Virus record (IMG/VR): IMGVR_UViG_3300046170_000505
From: a virus
Reading direction: 5' to 3' (one strand)
DNA length: 64,000 bases
Shown here: positions 34,245 through 42,744 of the stretch, piece by piece
How the letters are laid out: every line of letters starts with the position of its first letter
Position numbering within the stretch: position 1 is the stretch's first letter
Made by a program: the position numbers and the translations under genes
The notes under the pieces: model-generated
What the model was told of the DNA's origin: nothing
Seen by the model: only the letters and a program-made list of their open reading frames with translations
The model's database searches: none

Positions 34245-34434
34245 GGGAATCTTTTTCGAAAGCGTCAATCATTTGACTCCACTCCCAGAGGTTGCCGTCT
34301 GGATCTTCGTAAAAGCTATACCCAGATTTGGCGTGAGTCAGGATGTGCGAAAATCCTATATTTTCCGCCCAGGCCTGAAAGTCAGCGTCGCGTTTTTCTT
34401 CGTCTAATTGGTCTTGTGTTATTGTTATCTTCAT
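34234..34434 (-). CDS. Small acidic protein, leaderless cassette gene
   Basis: TTGACT-17-TACATT-5-ATG. Confidence 0.7.
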   Translation of the reverse strand: MKITITQDQLDEEKRDADFQAWAENIGFSHILTHAKSGYSFYEDPDGNLWEWSQMIDAFEKDSLTR

Positions 34435-34496
34435 ACCCTAATGTACCTCTATCCTGGGCGAAAGTCAAGAAAAGATTTTACTTTTTTATCTTTCCG

Positions 34497-34563
34497 TAAA
34501 CCCTTGCGTATCAACGACTTACGCGGGCTTGGGCTCCATAAGCCCTTGATTGTCAAGAACTTA
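34497..34563. repeat. 67-bp double-palindrome element, copy 11
   Basis: Contains the TGA stop of the ORF ending at 34553. Confidence 0.9.
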
Positions 34564-34753
34564 GGGGAACAAACACATCGGGCTTACGATCCTCTGGCAA
34601 TGGCCAGCCTTTGAATTCCTCGCCATCGAGGTCTTCGAGCCTGAACATGATGCCCTCGAGCATTTCCTCAAGCTGAGCATTTTTTTTCTCCAGATCAACG
34701 ATCCTGCTGAGCAGGAGCTGACTCGTGTGTGTGTATATTTTATTTTCTATCAT
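34553..34753 (-). CDS. Small hypothetical protein, leaderless cassette gene
   Basis: Start corrected to 34753: TTGACT-17-TACTAT-6-ATG. Confidence 0.65.
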   Translation of the reverse strand: MIENKIYTHTSQLLLSRIVDLEKKNAQLEEMLEGIMFRLEDLDGEEFKGWPLPEDRKPDVFVPLSS

Positions 34754-34818
34754 ACCCTTATAGTACGACAGAATTTTGCTCAAGTCAAACTTTTTTTGAA
34801 TTATTTTGCAAGTTTTTC

Positions 34819-34885
34819 TAAGCCGTTGTGTATCAACGACTTACGCGGGCCTGGCCGCCATAAGCGGCTGATACTCAACGACTTA
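34819..34885. repeat. 67-bp double-palindrome element, copy 12
   Basis: Same 25-17-25 architecture. Confidence 0.9.
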
Positions 34886-34887
34886 TG

Positions 34888-35127
34888 CTAAAAGTCGTAT
34901 TGGTCATGATAGCCATAGTCATAATCCTGATATCGGTCAAAGCTGGGCTCTTCATGGTTACGGTGTACTTCTGACATCTCAGCAGGCTCGTCGCTATTCC
35001 TGACATCAGTGAGTATTTTCTCAAGACGAGCAAGACGGGCAAGCTCTTTTTCACGAGCTTCAAACTCGACATCAGTGATGCCGTTGGCGTGGGCGAGGCG
35101 AGTGAGAGAATCATTTTCATTTTCCAT
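34888..35127 (-). CDS. Small acidic protein, leaderless cassette gene
   Basis: TTGACA-17-TATGTT-6-ATG supports this frame over 34875..35162. Confidence 0.7.
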   Translation of the reverse strand: MENENDSLTRLAHANGITDVEFEAREKELARLARLEKILTDVRNSDEPAEMSEVHRNHEEPSFDRYQDYDYGYHDQYDF

Positions 35128-35237
35128 ATATATAACATAAAGGCATTGCTAACCTGTGTCAAATCAATTCAACAATAAACGAAATTGGACCAAATAAAAG
35201 GCTTGCGGGCCTCAGCTTAGACATACGATATTTTTCG

Positions 35238-35304
35238 TAAGTCATTGTATATCAACGACTTACGCGGGCCTGGCCGCTATAAGCGGCTGATAGTCAACGA
35301 CTTA
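35238..35304. repeat. 67-bp double-palindrome element, copy 13
   Basis: Its terminal TTA is the stop of ORF 35302..35454. Confidence 0.9.
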
Positions 35305-35454
35305 TGACTTTATTATTCGATATCGCCTTACGCGACCACTATAGGCAAGGCGGGCTTTAAGTAAAGCTTCAGCCTCACGCTTAAACATCGGAACTGTTTC
35401 GGCTACCCATCCGATCTTAGAAGAAAAGGGGATTGATTCTAGTATGTATTTCAT
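35302..35454 (-). CDS. 50-aa hypothetical protein (absent from the ORF track)
   Basis: MKYILESIPFSSKIGWVAETVPMFKREAEALLKARLAYSGRVRRYRIIKS; follows 35459..35653. Confidence 0.55.
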   Translation of the reverse strand: MKYILESIPFSSKIGWVAETVPMFKREAEALLKARLAYSGRVRRYRIIKS

Positions 35455-35458
35455 TTTA

Positions 35459-35653
35459 TTAGTCAACTAAGATTAAAGGTTTGGGTAGTGGAGTGTGGGC
35501 GAGATAAGCCTCCAACTCATTAACCTCCGATTGTGCTATCCTATCAAGATCGGCTTGAGCCGCGACGCACTGCATCATAGCTGAACCTGAGCCATTACTT
35601 GCGGCTTCTAGGTTGTCATTAATTATTTGTTGTAATCTTTGTTTTTCTGTCAT
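35459..35653 (-). CDS. Small hypothetical protein, leaderless
   Basis: TTGCAA-17-TAGTTT-6-ATG. Confidence 0.65.
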   Translation of the reverse strand: MTEKQRLQQIINDNLEAASNGSGSAMMQCVAAQADLDRIAQSEVNELEAYLAHTPLPKPLILVD

Positions 35654-35719
35654 AAGTATAAACTAAGGGAATTTTTGTTGAATTGCAATCTTTTTTTTCA
35701 ACTATTTTGCAGGTTTTCT

Positions 35720-35786
35720 TAAGCCGTTGCGTACCAACGACTTACGCGGGCCTGGCCGCCATAAGCGGCTGATAGTCAACGACTTA
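35720..35786. repeat. 67-bp double-palindrome element, copy 14
   Basis: Its terminal TTA is the stop of ORF 35784..36098. Confidence 0.9.
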
Positions 35787-36098
35787 GAAGATTAAAGGTA
35801 AGTCATTGTTTGCGTGTGACATGACGCAAAACCAATCGCTTGGATTTATTGCGTTGCCGTTAAGCATGGGTACGAAGTCTTTTTGATATACCCCCAAGCC
35901 TGTTATGCCGTTGACTCTTTCCCTAGTGGTAGGGGTATTCCAACCTGCAAGCGAAGCTTTAATTAACCCGCTAGAGTCACGCTTCACAATGGCGTTGCCA
36001 TGTAGCCAAACGGTTTGCCCGTCTGTCTCGGTGTTGCCGACTTTTTTAGATTTGCCTTGTTCAAAGGCTTGTTTAATTTGTTGTGTCACTTTTCTCAT
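35784..36098 (-). CDS. Conserved phage protein (MRK.T....AF..G....GNT...LHGN.I...T.TT.ER.N type)
   Basis: Characteristic motif pattern. Confidence 0.7.
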   Translation of the reverse strand: MRKVTQQIKQAFEQGKSKKVGNTETDGQTVWLHGNAIVKRDSSGLIKASLAGWNTPTTRERVNGITGLGVYQKDFVPMLNGNAINPSDWFCVMSHANNDLPLIF

Positions 36099-36152
36099 GT
36101 TATTTGTTTGCGTAAATGGTTGCGATTATTATTCCTATGATTAAGGATGTGA

Positions 36153-36497
36153 TCATGGATGCACCCCATGGTCTAAGAGTTGAACTGCCTCGTAAACCGA
36201 GCATTTGAGATCATCGCAGATATCTGCGAGTTTTTCCTCTCTTGCTTCGGCACGAGATTGACGATAACGGGTTACCTTGCAAAAGCGAGGATCTGCCTCT
36301 GCACCTGCCATCTCTTTAAGTTCGGAGAAAAGATCCCAAGAAACAATTCCTTGTTTGCAAAAGTTGTATGCACACTGCTTGCGTGATACCCCCTGAATGT
36401 CGAAGATGTGCCGTGCCATCTTATCGTTGAAAACGCTCAAGCTCGCTTGAATCAGCTTGTCTGAGATTTTTGAGAATGTTATATGTATTAGTTTCAT
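36153..36497 (-). CDS. Hypothetical protein, leaderless
   Basis: TTGACA-17-GATAGT-6-ATG. Confidence 0.65.
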   Translation of the reverse strand: MKLIHITFSKISDKLIQASLSVFNDKMARHIFDIQGVSRKQCAYNFCKQGIVSWDLFSELKEMAGAEADPRFCKVTRYRQSRAEAREEKLADICDDLKCSVYEAVQLLDHGVHP

Positions 36498-36573
36498 AAT
36501 TATACTATCGCATATGCAGTGCCTTCTGTCAAGCTATTTGAAAATTTTCTTTGAATTATTTTGCTTATTTCTG

Positions 36574-36640
36574 TAAGTTGTTGTTTATCAACGACTTACG
36601 CAGGCCAGGCTCGCCTAACCCCTTGACTATCAAGGATTTA
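36574..36640. repeat. 67-bp double-palindrome element, copy 15
   Basis: TAAGTTGTTGTTTATCAACGACTTA-CGCAGGCCAGGCTCGCC-TAACCCCTTGACTATCAAGGATTTA. Confidence 0.85.
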
Positions 36641-36660
36641 GGAGATTTAGTTTTGTATTA

Positions 36661-36921
36661 CTACGCTCTCTGAAAGTCAGGGTATCTCCCCATAAGGTTC
36701 AAAAAATCGTGGAGTGATGGTTCGGTAATCCTACCGTCATCATCCTTCATGCCGTCAATCAAATCCTGATTTGTGACATTTTCGGCAGTCTCAACGATTT
36801 GATCCCAAGTCCAAACATTGTCGCCAACATCTTCCCACAGGGAAATTCCCGACTTTTCGTCGCGTGAAAATTCAAGAAGTCCATTGACCCCTATAACATG
36901 TTTAATCTTAACAGCTAACAT
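36661..36921 (-). CDS. Hypothetical protein, leaderless
   Basis: Start corrected to 36921: TTGCAA-17-TACCTT-6-ATG. Confidence 0.65.
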   Translation of the reverse strand: MLAVKIKHVIGVNGLLEFSRDEKSGISLWEDVGDNVWTWDQIVETAENVTNQDLIDGMKDDDGRITEPSLHDFLNLMGRYPDFQRA

Positions 36922-37166
36922 ACCTATAAGGTAGCATACCCACCAAGCAATTGCAACACATTTTTTGCCCAATTATTTGGAAATATTGAAATAGGGTGCC
37001 CACTTTTTTGAATTATAACAAATAGCGTTTATTCACAATAGGCTGGGGGGTGGTATTTTTCATTCTCATTTTAGAATATTACGTTTTCATATATTGGCGC
37101 ATCCAAAAAAAATCGGGGGGGTAAATTTAAAAAAAGGTTTTTTTTATTTAAATCCCGTGTGTTTCT

Positions 37167-37180
37167 GTGTAATATAAAAT
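37167..37180 (+). promoter_or_regulatory. Putative late promoter (GTGTA motif)
   Basis: GTGTAATATA, with GTGTA 12 nt before the ATG; the motif recurs before other late genes. Confidence 0.6.
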
Positions 37181-37183
37181 AAC

Positions 37184-37990
37184 ATGAAAGAACTAGATTT
37201 CAGTCAAGCTATAATCCAAAGATTGCAAGATCAAATTGGTAACGAAAAAGAAATAACGATAGAAGCCTGGGCTGCCGAAGAAAAAAGCGGCAAAAAGCTT
37301 AACAAACCATTTAGAACTCCAGGTGGGCCTAAAAAGTTTTCTGTTTATGTAAAAAACGAAAAAGGCAACGTTGTAAAAGTAAGCTTCGGGGATCCGAACA
37401 TGTCAATTAAACGCGATGACCCTGCTCGTCGTAAAAGTTTTCGCGCTAGACACGGCTGCGATAACCCTGGGCCAAAAACTAAAGCTAAATATTGGAGCTG
37501 CAAGATGTGGAGCAAAAAGAGTGTCACCAAAATGACCAAAGGTGAAGAGTCTTCGTTTGAAGAAGCAGAAGAAGAAATGGTTGCTTTCTTGGATGAATCT
37601 GAAAGCAAAAAAGGGTTATGGGAAAATATCCGCGACAAAAAGAAAAGAGAGGGCAAAAACTACAAACCTGCAAAACCAGGCGACAAAGATTATCCAGACC
37701 CTAAAGCTCTAAAGAAAGCTCAAAAATCTTCAGAAGAAAAAAAATCAAAAGCTGATAAAAAAGAAGAAAAAAAAGACGGTGAATCAGGCTTAACAGACGA
37801 GCAGAAAAAACTTCCTGATTTTATTAAAAAGAACTTGCTTAAGAAAAAGAAAGCAAAAGCTGAAGACAAAGAAGACAAAGACGACAGCGGTTTAACCGAC
37901 AAACAAAAGAAACTTCCCGACTTTATTAAAAAAAATTTAAAAAACAAAAAAAAGACAGACAAAAAAGAAGGCAAAGAAGAAAAGAAGTAA
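37184..37990 (+). CDS. Conserved basic phage protein (virion/DNA-associated candidate)
   Basis: KKFSVYVK...V.FGDP...RRKSFRARH.C...YWSC..W domain, GLW.NI..KK motif and a duplicated SGLTD.QKKLPDFIKKNL. Confidence 0.7.
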   Translation: MKELDFSQAIIQRLQDQIGNEKEITIEAWAAEEKSGKKLNKPFRTPGGPKKFSVYVKNEKGNVVKVSFGDPNMSIKRDDPARRKSFRARHGCDNPGPKTKAKYWSCKMWSKKSVTKMTKGEESSFEEAEEEMVAFLDESESKKGLWENIRDKKKREGKNYKPAKPGDKDYPDPKALKKAQKSSEEKKSKADKKEEKKDGESGLTDEQKKLPDFIKKNLLKKKKAKAEDKEDKDDSGLTDKQKKLPDFIKKNLKNKKKTDKKEGKEEKK

Positions 37991-38297
37991 TTTTTGTAAT
38001 GTATCATTATGCCCCGAAAAAATATAATCGAAGAGTTAAAAGTCGGGGCTCCTGAAATTCCTACAAATACTTGCTCTTATATTGATTTTGTTTTAGAAAT
38101 TCTTAAAGAAATTAAAGAGGAATCACCATCCCATCAAATTGGAGAAAAAATAGATTTAATAGAAAGCCACATGGAGTATCTTAGGTCTGCCAATCAGACT
38201 CTAAGAGACGGAGGGGAGTATTGGTACCATCAATGCAAATCTCAAGCTTCCAAAAAATAAGAATTGAATTTATAAATACTAATCAGTATAATTTATT

Positions 38298-39992
38298 ATG
38301 TCAGAAAATACTGAAAATGTAAAAAGAGTTAGAGATCTTGAAGATTTTGATCCAGCCGTTCCACTTTCCGATCAAGACTACTTAATTGTTGCAACTAATG
38401 AGGATGCAAATAACGACGGAACAAACGAAAGAGTCCCCTTAACAAAAAAAGCTAAGATTTCTGAAGCTGTACAAGCTGTGAATAGAGCTGTAGCCGCAAA
38501 AAGAGAATCTCAACCTGAGACTATTGAAATTGTGGATGAAAACGGAAACAATACCACAATACCAAATCCGTTGAAAAATATCACTACAGAAGTTGATGGC
38601 AACGGTGTTGAAGTAGACATTACCCCAGTAACAGCTGAAAATCTTGACGGATTAGTTGATCCTGGAAGCGGGCTTGAGGTAAAAACTATATGTAGAAATG
38701 AAGATTTTGAGGTTGTAGATTGCGGCGACCCTTCAGTAAAATACAAAACTAAAAAATTAAGTTTAGCCACATCCGAGGAATCAAAAACTATAACGATTCA
38801 CGTTAATACAAATGATGGAGTAGAGTACGAAAAATCTGGAAAAGCTTTAATCAATGGCGCTTTAAGTGAAAAATTTAAAAGACTAAGAGACGCATTTCAA
38901 TATATCCAAAATGATATTGGAGATTCAGATACAACAATAAACATTCATATAGAAACTGATACAGACGAAGGAGAAATTAACCACGTTAATAACGTTTATC
39001 ATACAAGAAAAAACGCAGAAATTAATGGTTGCTATATTTACATCTATGGCAGTGATGCGCAATGGCGACAAGGGGCAAATCCGCCAAAAGTAAAAATAAA
39101 AACCAAAAACCTACCTTCAACAAACAATGCTTATGTACCGTTTTGGTTTAACGCTTACCAAATAAGAATTAATTTCGTTCATTTTTGCACTGACCTGGAT
39201 GATAATAAAAATATTCATACTTGCTTTCGAGCTCATAAAAATTGTTTACTAGAATTTTTTGGTTGCAAATTTAGCGTAAGAGGCTCTACTCACATTTATA
39301 TTGAAGCGAGCAGGGGGGCAACGGTTGAAATTCAAAATAAAAGTGATGGCATTAATGATTTAGATTACAGAGATAAAAATTTCTGGGAACCAGCTATAGA
39401 ATTTGATTTTCACGATAGAGGAAGTGCTGCGACTTCTGGTCCAGCAGCTGCAGGCGATCCTTTTTATTGCGACTATCTTTTTGCTGCGGATACTGGTGGG
39501 GTATTTAGATTCCCAGAATATGGAAGTCACATTCCATATAGTGATACTCAAAAAACAAACTTCCAATCTAGAATTCACTTTTGTTCGGACAAAGTTGTAA
39601 TCGGGGCCGCTCTTTTTGGTCTCGAGGGTAATTGCGTTATGGATATTGTTGGGCTTTTCACCACTAGCCTTAACAAAAATTTTACTGCTACGAAAATACC
39701 GTACTTTTTAAGAGCAAGCGCTTTTAATGCAATAGGAATCAAGACCGCCTATCAACCAGGTGGAACAGTTGCAAATGGATATGGAGAAGTATTCGCCAGT
39801 AATGGAGTTGTACCTGGAAACGTTTTCGTGAATCCTACAACTCAATATGATATAGCTGTAAAAGAAGACGTTGATTATGTTAAACAATCAGGTGTTAGTC
39901 AATCACTCACCCTTATAACCAAAGTAAAAATGACACCAAATGATTCTGCTGAGACTGACTTAGAAGACTATTGGGATCCCCATAACTTTTAA
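38298..39992 (+). CDS. Putative tail fibre/spike-like virion protein
   Basis: N-terminal module shared with 40011..41246; beta-rich C-terminal region. Confidence 0.55.
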   Translation: MSENTENVKRVRDLEDFDPAVPLSDQDYLIVATNEDANNDGTNERVPLTKKAKISEAVQAVNRAVAAKRESQPETIEIVDENGNNTTIPNPLKNITTEVDGNGVEVDITPVTAENLDGLVDPGSGLEVKTICRNEDFEVVDCGDPSVKYKTKKLSLATSEESKTITIHVNTNDGVEYEKSGKALINGALSEKFKRLRDAFQYIQNDIGDSDTTINIHIETDTDEGEINHVNNVYHTRKNAEINGCYIYIYGSDAQWRQGANPPKVKIKTKNLPSTNNAYVPFWFNAYQIRINFVHFCTDLDDNKNIHTCFRAHKNCLLEFFGCKFSVRGSTHIYIEASRGATVEIQNKSDGINDLDYRDKNFWEPAIEFDFHDRGSAATSGPAAAGDPFYCDYLFAADTGGVFRFPEYGSHIPYSDTQKTNFQSRIHFCSDKVVIGAALFGLEGNCVMDIVGLFTTSLNKNFTATKIPYFLRASAFNAIGIKTAYQPGGTVANGYGEVFASNGVVPGNVFVNPTTQYDIAVKEDVDYVKQSGVSQSLTLITKVKMTPNDSAETDLEDYWDPHNF

Positions 39993-40010
39993 TAAAACAT
40001 TTATTTTATT

Positions 40011-41246
40011 ATGTCAGATCAAGAAAATGTAAAAAAAATCAGAGAGCTCGATGGCTTTGATGATTTGACCCCTCTTTCTGAAACAGATTATTTAATAGTA
40101 GCAACAAATGAAGACGCCGACGGAGACGGCTTAAAAGAAAGGCTTCCTTTTACCAAAAAAGCTACCATTTCCCAAGCCGTAGAAGTATACAATAACTCTA
40201 TAGCTCAACCTCCTGCAGTTGACCCAGGGACTGGCGAACCTGCTGCTCCAGATCCAGAAGAACAACCAGGATATGAAGAAACCGATCCAGCTACAGGCAA
40301 AACCGTAAAAAGAATTACCACTCCAGTAAACGGTGGCAACTTAGATAGCTTTCTTGATCCTGATGGCGGGTTAACAACTGTTGATTTTTGTCAAGACGAA
40401 TCCAAAGCTGAAGTTGCATGTGACGGAAGTCAAGGGGAAGTAAAATACAAAACTAAAAAAATAAGCTCTAACGGATTTAGTGGATTTGATGTTGAATTTT
40501 TGCATGGATTCCCTAAAACCAAGAGGGTTTACCGAGGGGGAATATTAAGCAGTGTCTCACATGGAATAGGAAAATTTTTAGAGCATTTTGCTCCCGCAAG
40601 AGGCGGCACAAACGATACGGCTAAGGCAATTAATGATGAAGAGACAGATCCACCAGTATCACTACCGATTACCGCTGAAGATCATAGCCATAATCACACA
40701 AGCAATATTGTTAATAGATTTTTTGTAGGCTTAACTTCTAACACATCAAGTAATTTCGGAATGATTATTTGGGCAAACGATTCAGGTGAGTCAAACTTTA
40801 GTGACGACCAGTCTGGAGCTTGGTACTTTTCCCTTAAATGGGGCTGGCAATTTATTAACCTGCCAAGCTTGCGATACAGCGATCAATTTGTTGAAAATTA
40901 TTGGATTTATGATTCTCAAAATCTTGGGTGGTACTGGTTAAGTATGGATATTTATCCTTGGATTTACTTTAATAGCGATTTACTTGGTAACGGATCGTCA
41001 ACTGGTTGGGGCTATGCAAATAATGCCACAACAAATGATACAGACGGAATTATACAAACAATAGGGCCAGTAGATCTGGGAACAAGCATTTACTTTAAAG
41101 ACCAGGGGTGGTACGCAAAAAGCAGTTTAAACGCCCCTAACCCTACCGTAGATACTAACGCTCCATTAACAGATCCAGGTCCACAACCAACAAGATCAGT
41201 AACGTCAATCTCTCCAGAACTGTTAGCAAACGAACCTGCAAGATGA
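40011..41246 (+). CDS. Putative fibre protein with a C-terminal Trp-rich (W..x.GW) repeat domain
   Basis: Shared N-terminus; WYFSLKWGW, WIYDSQNLGWYW and YPWIYF...GWGY repeats. Confidence 0.55.
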   Translation: MSDQENVKKIRELDGFDDLTPLSETDYLIVATNEDADGDGLKERLPFTKKATISQAVEVYNNSIAQPPAVDPGTGEPAAPDPEEQPGYEETDPATGKTVKRITTPVNGGNLDSFLDPDGGLTTVDFCQDESKAEVACDGSQGEVKYKTKKISSNGFSGFDVEFLHGFPKTKRVYRGGILSSVSHGIGKFLEHFAPARGGTNDTAKAINDEETDPPVSLPITAEDHSHNHTSNIVNRFFVGLTSNTSSNFGMIIWANDSGESNFSDDQSGAWYFSLKWGWQFINLPSLRYSDQFVENYWIYDSQNLGWYWLSMDIYPWIYFNSDLLGNGSSTGWGYANNATTNDTDGIIQTIGPVDLGTSIYFKDQGWYAKSSLNAPNPTVDTNAPLTDPGPQPTRSVTSISPELLANEPAR

Positions 41247-41439
41247 ACCTAACAAAAGACCAATTAGAAAAAATCGAAAAAGAAGCAATGAAATCTCTAC
41301 CTAAGGCAAAAAAAGATTTCTTAAAAGCACACGGCGTAAAGAACGAAAAAGAATTTACGGAGCGCTATAAAAGTAAAGTTGCTAATTCTAAAAAGAAGTA
41401 AATACTTTAGAGGGTAGCTCTAGTAAAGCGGTAAGCTAT

Positions 41440-42744
41440 CTAAGAGTTATCTGCCACCCATTGAGAAGCTGCCGCTAAAGCCTCAGATGTTGAAGTAGCC
41501 ATCGCATTATTAATCGTAGTTTGGCTCAAAGTAGTTCTACGGCAGCCCAAGCCCTCCGTACCTCCACCTGCAGTAAATACTACGTTTCCATCATCTTCTA
41601 AATCTATCACATTATAAACTGCTTTTGTGATAGAATAGCATCTATTGACTCCCGATTGCGTCGAATTTTGAGTTGCTGGAGCTCCAGCAACAACTTGATA
41701 TCTTTGAGCGGCAGGAGCAGCATCTGCCTCTGGCATAACAGCCCACTGAGCATTTTGCCTAACATACAATTGTCCATCTAAGGGAGCTTCCTGAATTCCA
41801 GAGTTAGGTGCGTCATATATTGCTGAGGCCCTAAACTTAGGATGACTTGTTACTACATCGATAAAATCATTTAAAGAAATTTTAAAAGCGCCATCAGCCC
41901 TAGAGACAATAAAAATATCGCTGTCTTCCAACTGTATAGCTTCTGTTAGTTGATCTATTGTTGTTCTGCAATTTTGAGGAATAGCTGAACAGTCAGTAGC
42001 TGTCTGAGTAGGCGTTTCAGTAGGCGTTTCAGTAGGCGTTTCAGTAGGCGTTTCTTCAGGCTCAGGGGTTTCAGTGGGAGGATCTGGAGAAGTGGTTTCA
42101 GTATCGTTGCCAGAATCACTGCCAGAATCACTGCTAGAATCACTGCTAGAATCACTGCTAGAAAGTGAGCTTGCTACAGAGAATCTATTTTTAACCCAGC
42201 CTTCGAGAATTAAGCTATATCCAAGGTAGAGCATTAACTCACGTATTGCCTCTGCATACGTTGGTTGGTCGTTAAAAGGTTGTGCAGAGCTGTTTTGAGA
42301 AATATTTGCAACACCACCACCTAGACTAACTCCGTATTGAGTTATTCCTAAGTCATACAGTTCGGATTCCGTGATAGCCTCATAAGAATCGTTTGGAAAG
42401 GTCCAGGCATTTGCCCCGTTTTCTCCAGCACCTCTTGTGAAAAAATGAGGGGTAGGCATGTTAAATACGTCACCTGGATTTTGGTAGTTTAACCAATCCG
42501 TTGATCCTCCGTTATACCAAGCTTCTGAGTTCCTGGGTATTTTTCCTAAAAAGCTCATGGACGCTTCAGTACTCCAGATACTACCATCAGTTTTTAAATA
42601 CCCATACGCCGTCGTAGGGTTTCTTACCAATTCTCCATTGCTTCCGTTTGCGTCCAAAACACCAATTGATGTTAATTCAGACAAAATAACTTTATCTCCA
42701 TCATCTAAGTTTGCCCACCAGGCACTTGGATCATTCCATTCCAT
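41440..42744 (-). CDS. Putative virion surface/fibre protein with a Ser/Thr/Pro linker
   Basis: SSDS and TETP tandem repeats, TIDQL...D.FIV...FKISL module and EAPLDGQLYVRQNAQW motif. Confidence 0.55.
   Translation of the reverse strand: MEWNDPSAWWANLDDGDKVILSELTSIGVLDANGSNGELVRNPTTAYGYLKTDGSIWSTEASMSFLGKIPRNSEAWYNGGSTDWLNYQNPGDVFNMPTPHFFTRGAGENGANAWTFPNDSYEAITESELYDLGITQYGVSLGGGVANISQNSSAQPFNDQPTYAEAIRELMLYLGYSLILEGWVKNRFSVASSLSSSDSSSDSSSDSGSDSGNDTETTSPDPPTETPEPEETPTETPTETPTETPTQTATDCSAIPQNCRTTIDQLTEAIQLEDSDIFIVSRADGAFKISLNDFIDVVTSHPKFRASAIYDAPNSGIQEAPLDGQLYVRQNAQWAVMPEADAAPAAQRYQVVAGAPATQNSTQSGVNRCYSITKAVYNVIDLEDDGNVVFTAGGGTEGLGCRRTTLSQTTINNAMATSTSEALAAASQWVADNS
42007..42163. repeat. Two 12-bp coding tandem repeats
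   Basis: (AGTAGGCGTTTC)x4 at 42007-42054 and (GCYAGAATCACT)x4 at 42109-42156. Confidence 0.9.

Noticed and set aside
30280-34614. ORFs sharing an 'NDLRGPGP.K.LI.N.L' peptide (30280, N-terminus of 31844, 33148, 34113, 34408)
   Set aside because: These are translations of the DNA repeat. They overlap promoters or better-supported opposite-strand genes.
34875-35162. 95-aa minus-strand ORF
   Set aside because: It starts in the -35 box (TTG of TTGACA). The overlapping frame 34888..35127 fits the leaderless promoter.
23666-36640. CRISPR array interpretation of the 67-bp repeats
   Set aside because: The intervening segments are about 250-2650 bp and contain promoters and genes. The repeats are too long and degenerate, and no cas genes are present.
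23666-36640. Canonical integron attC sites
   Set aside because: There are no RYYYAAC...GTTRRRY boundaries, the cassettes carry their own promoters, and there is no IntI in the window.
38298-42744. Diversity-generating retroelement targeting the fibre genes
   Set aside because: There is no reverse transcriptase and no template/variable repeat pair differing at adenines. The similarity is N-terminal protein paralogy.
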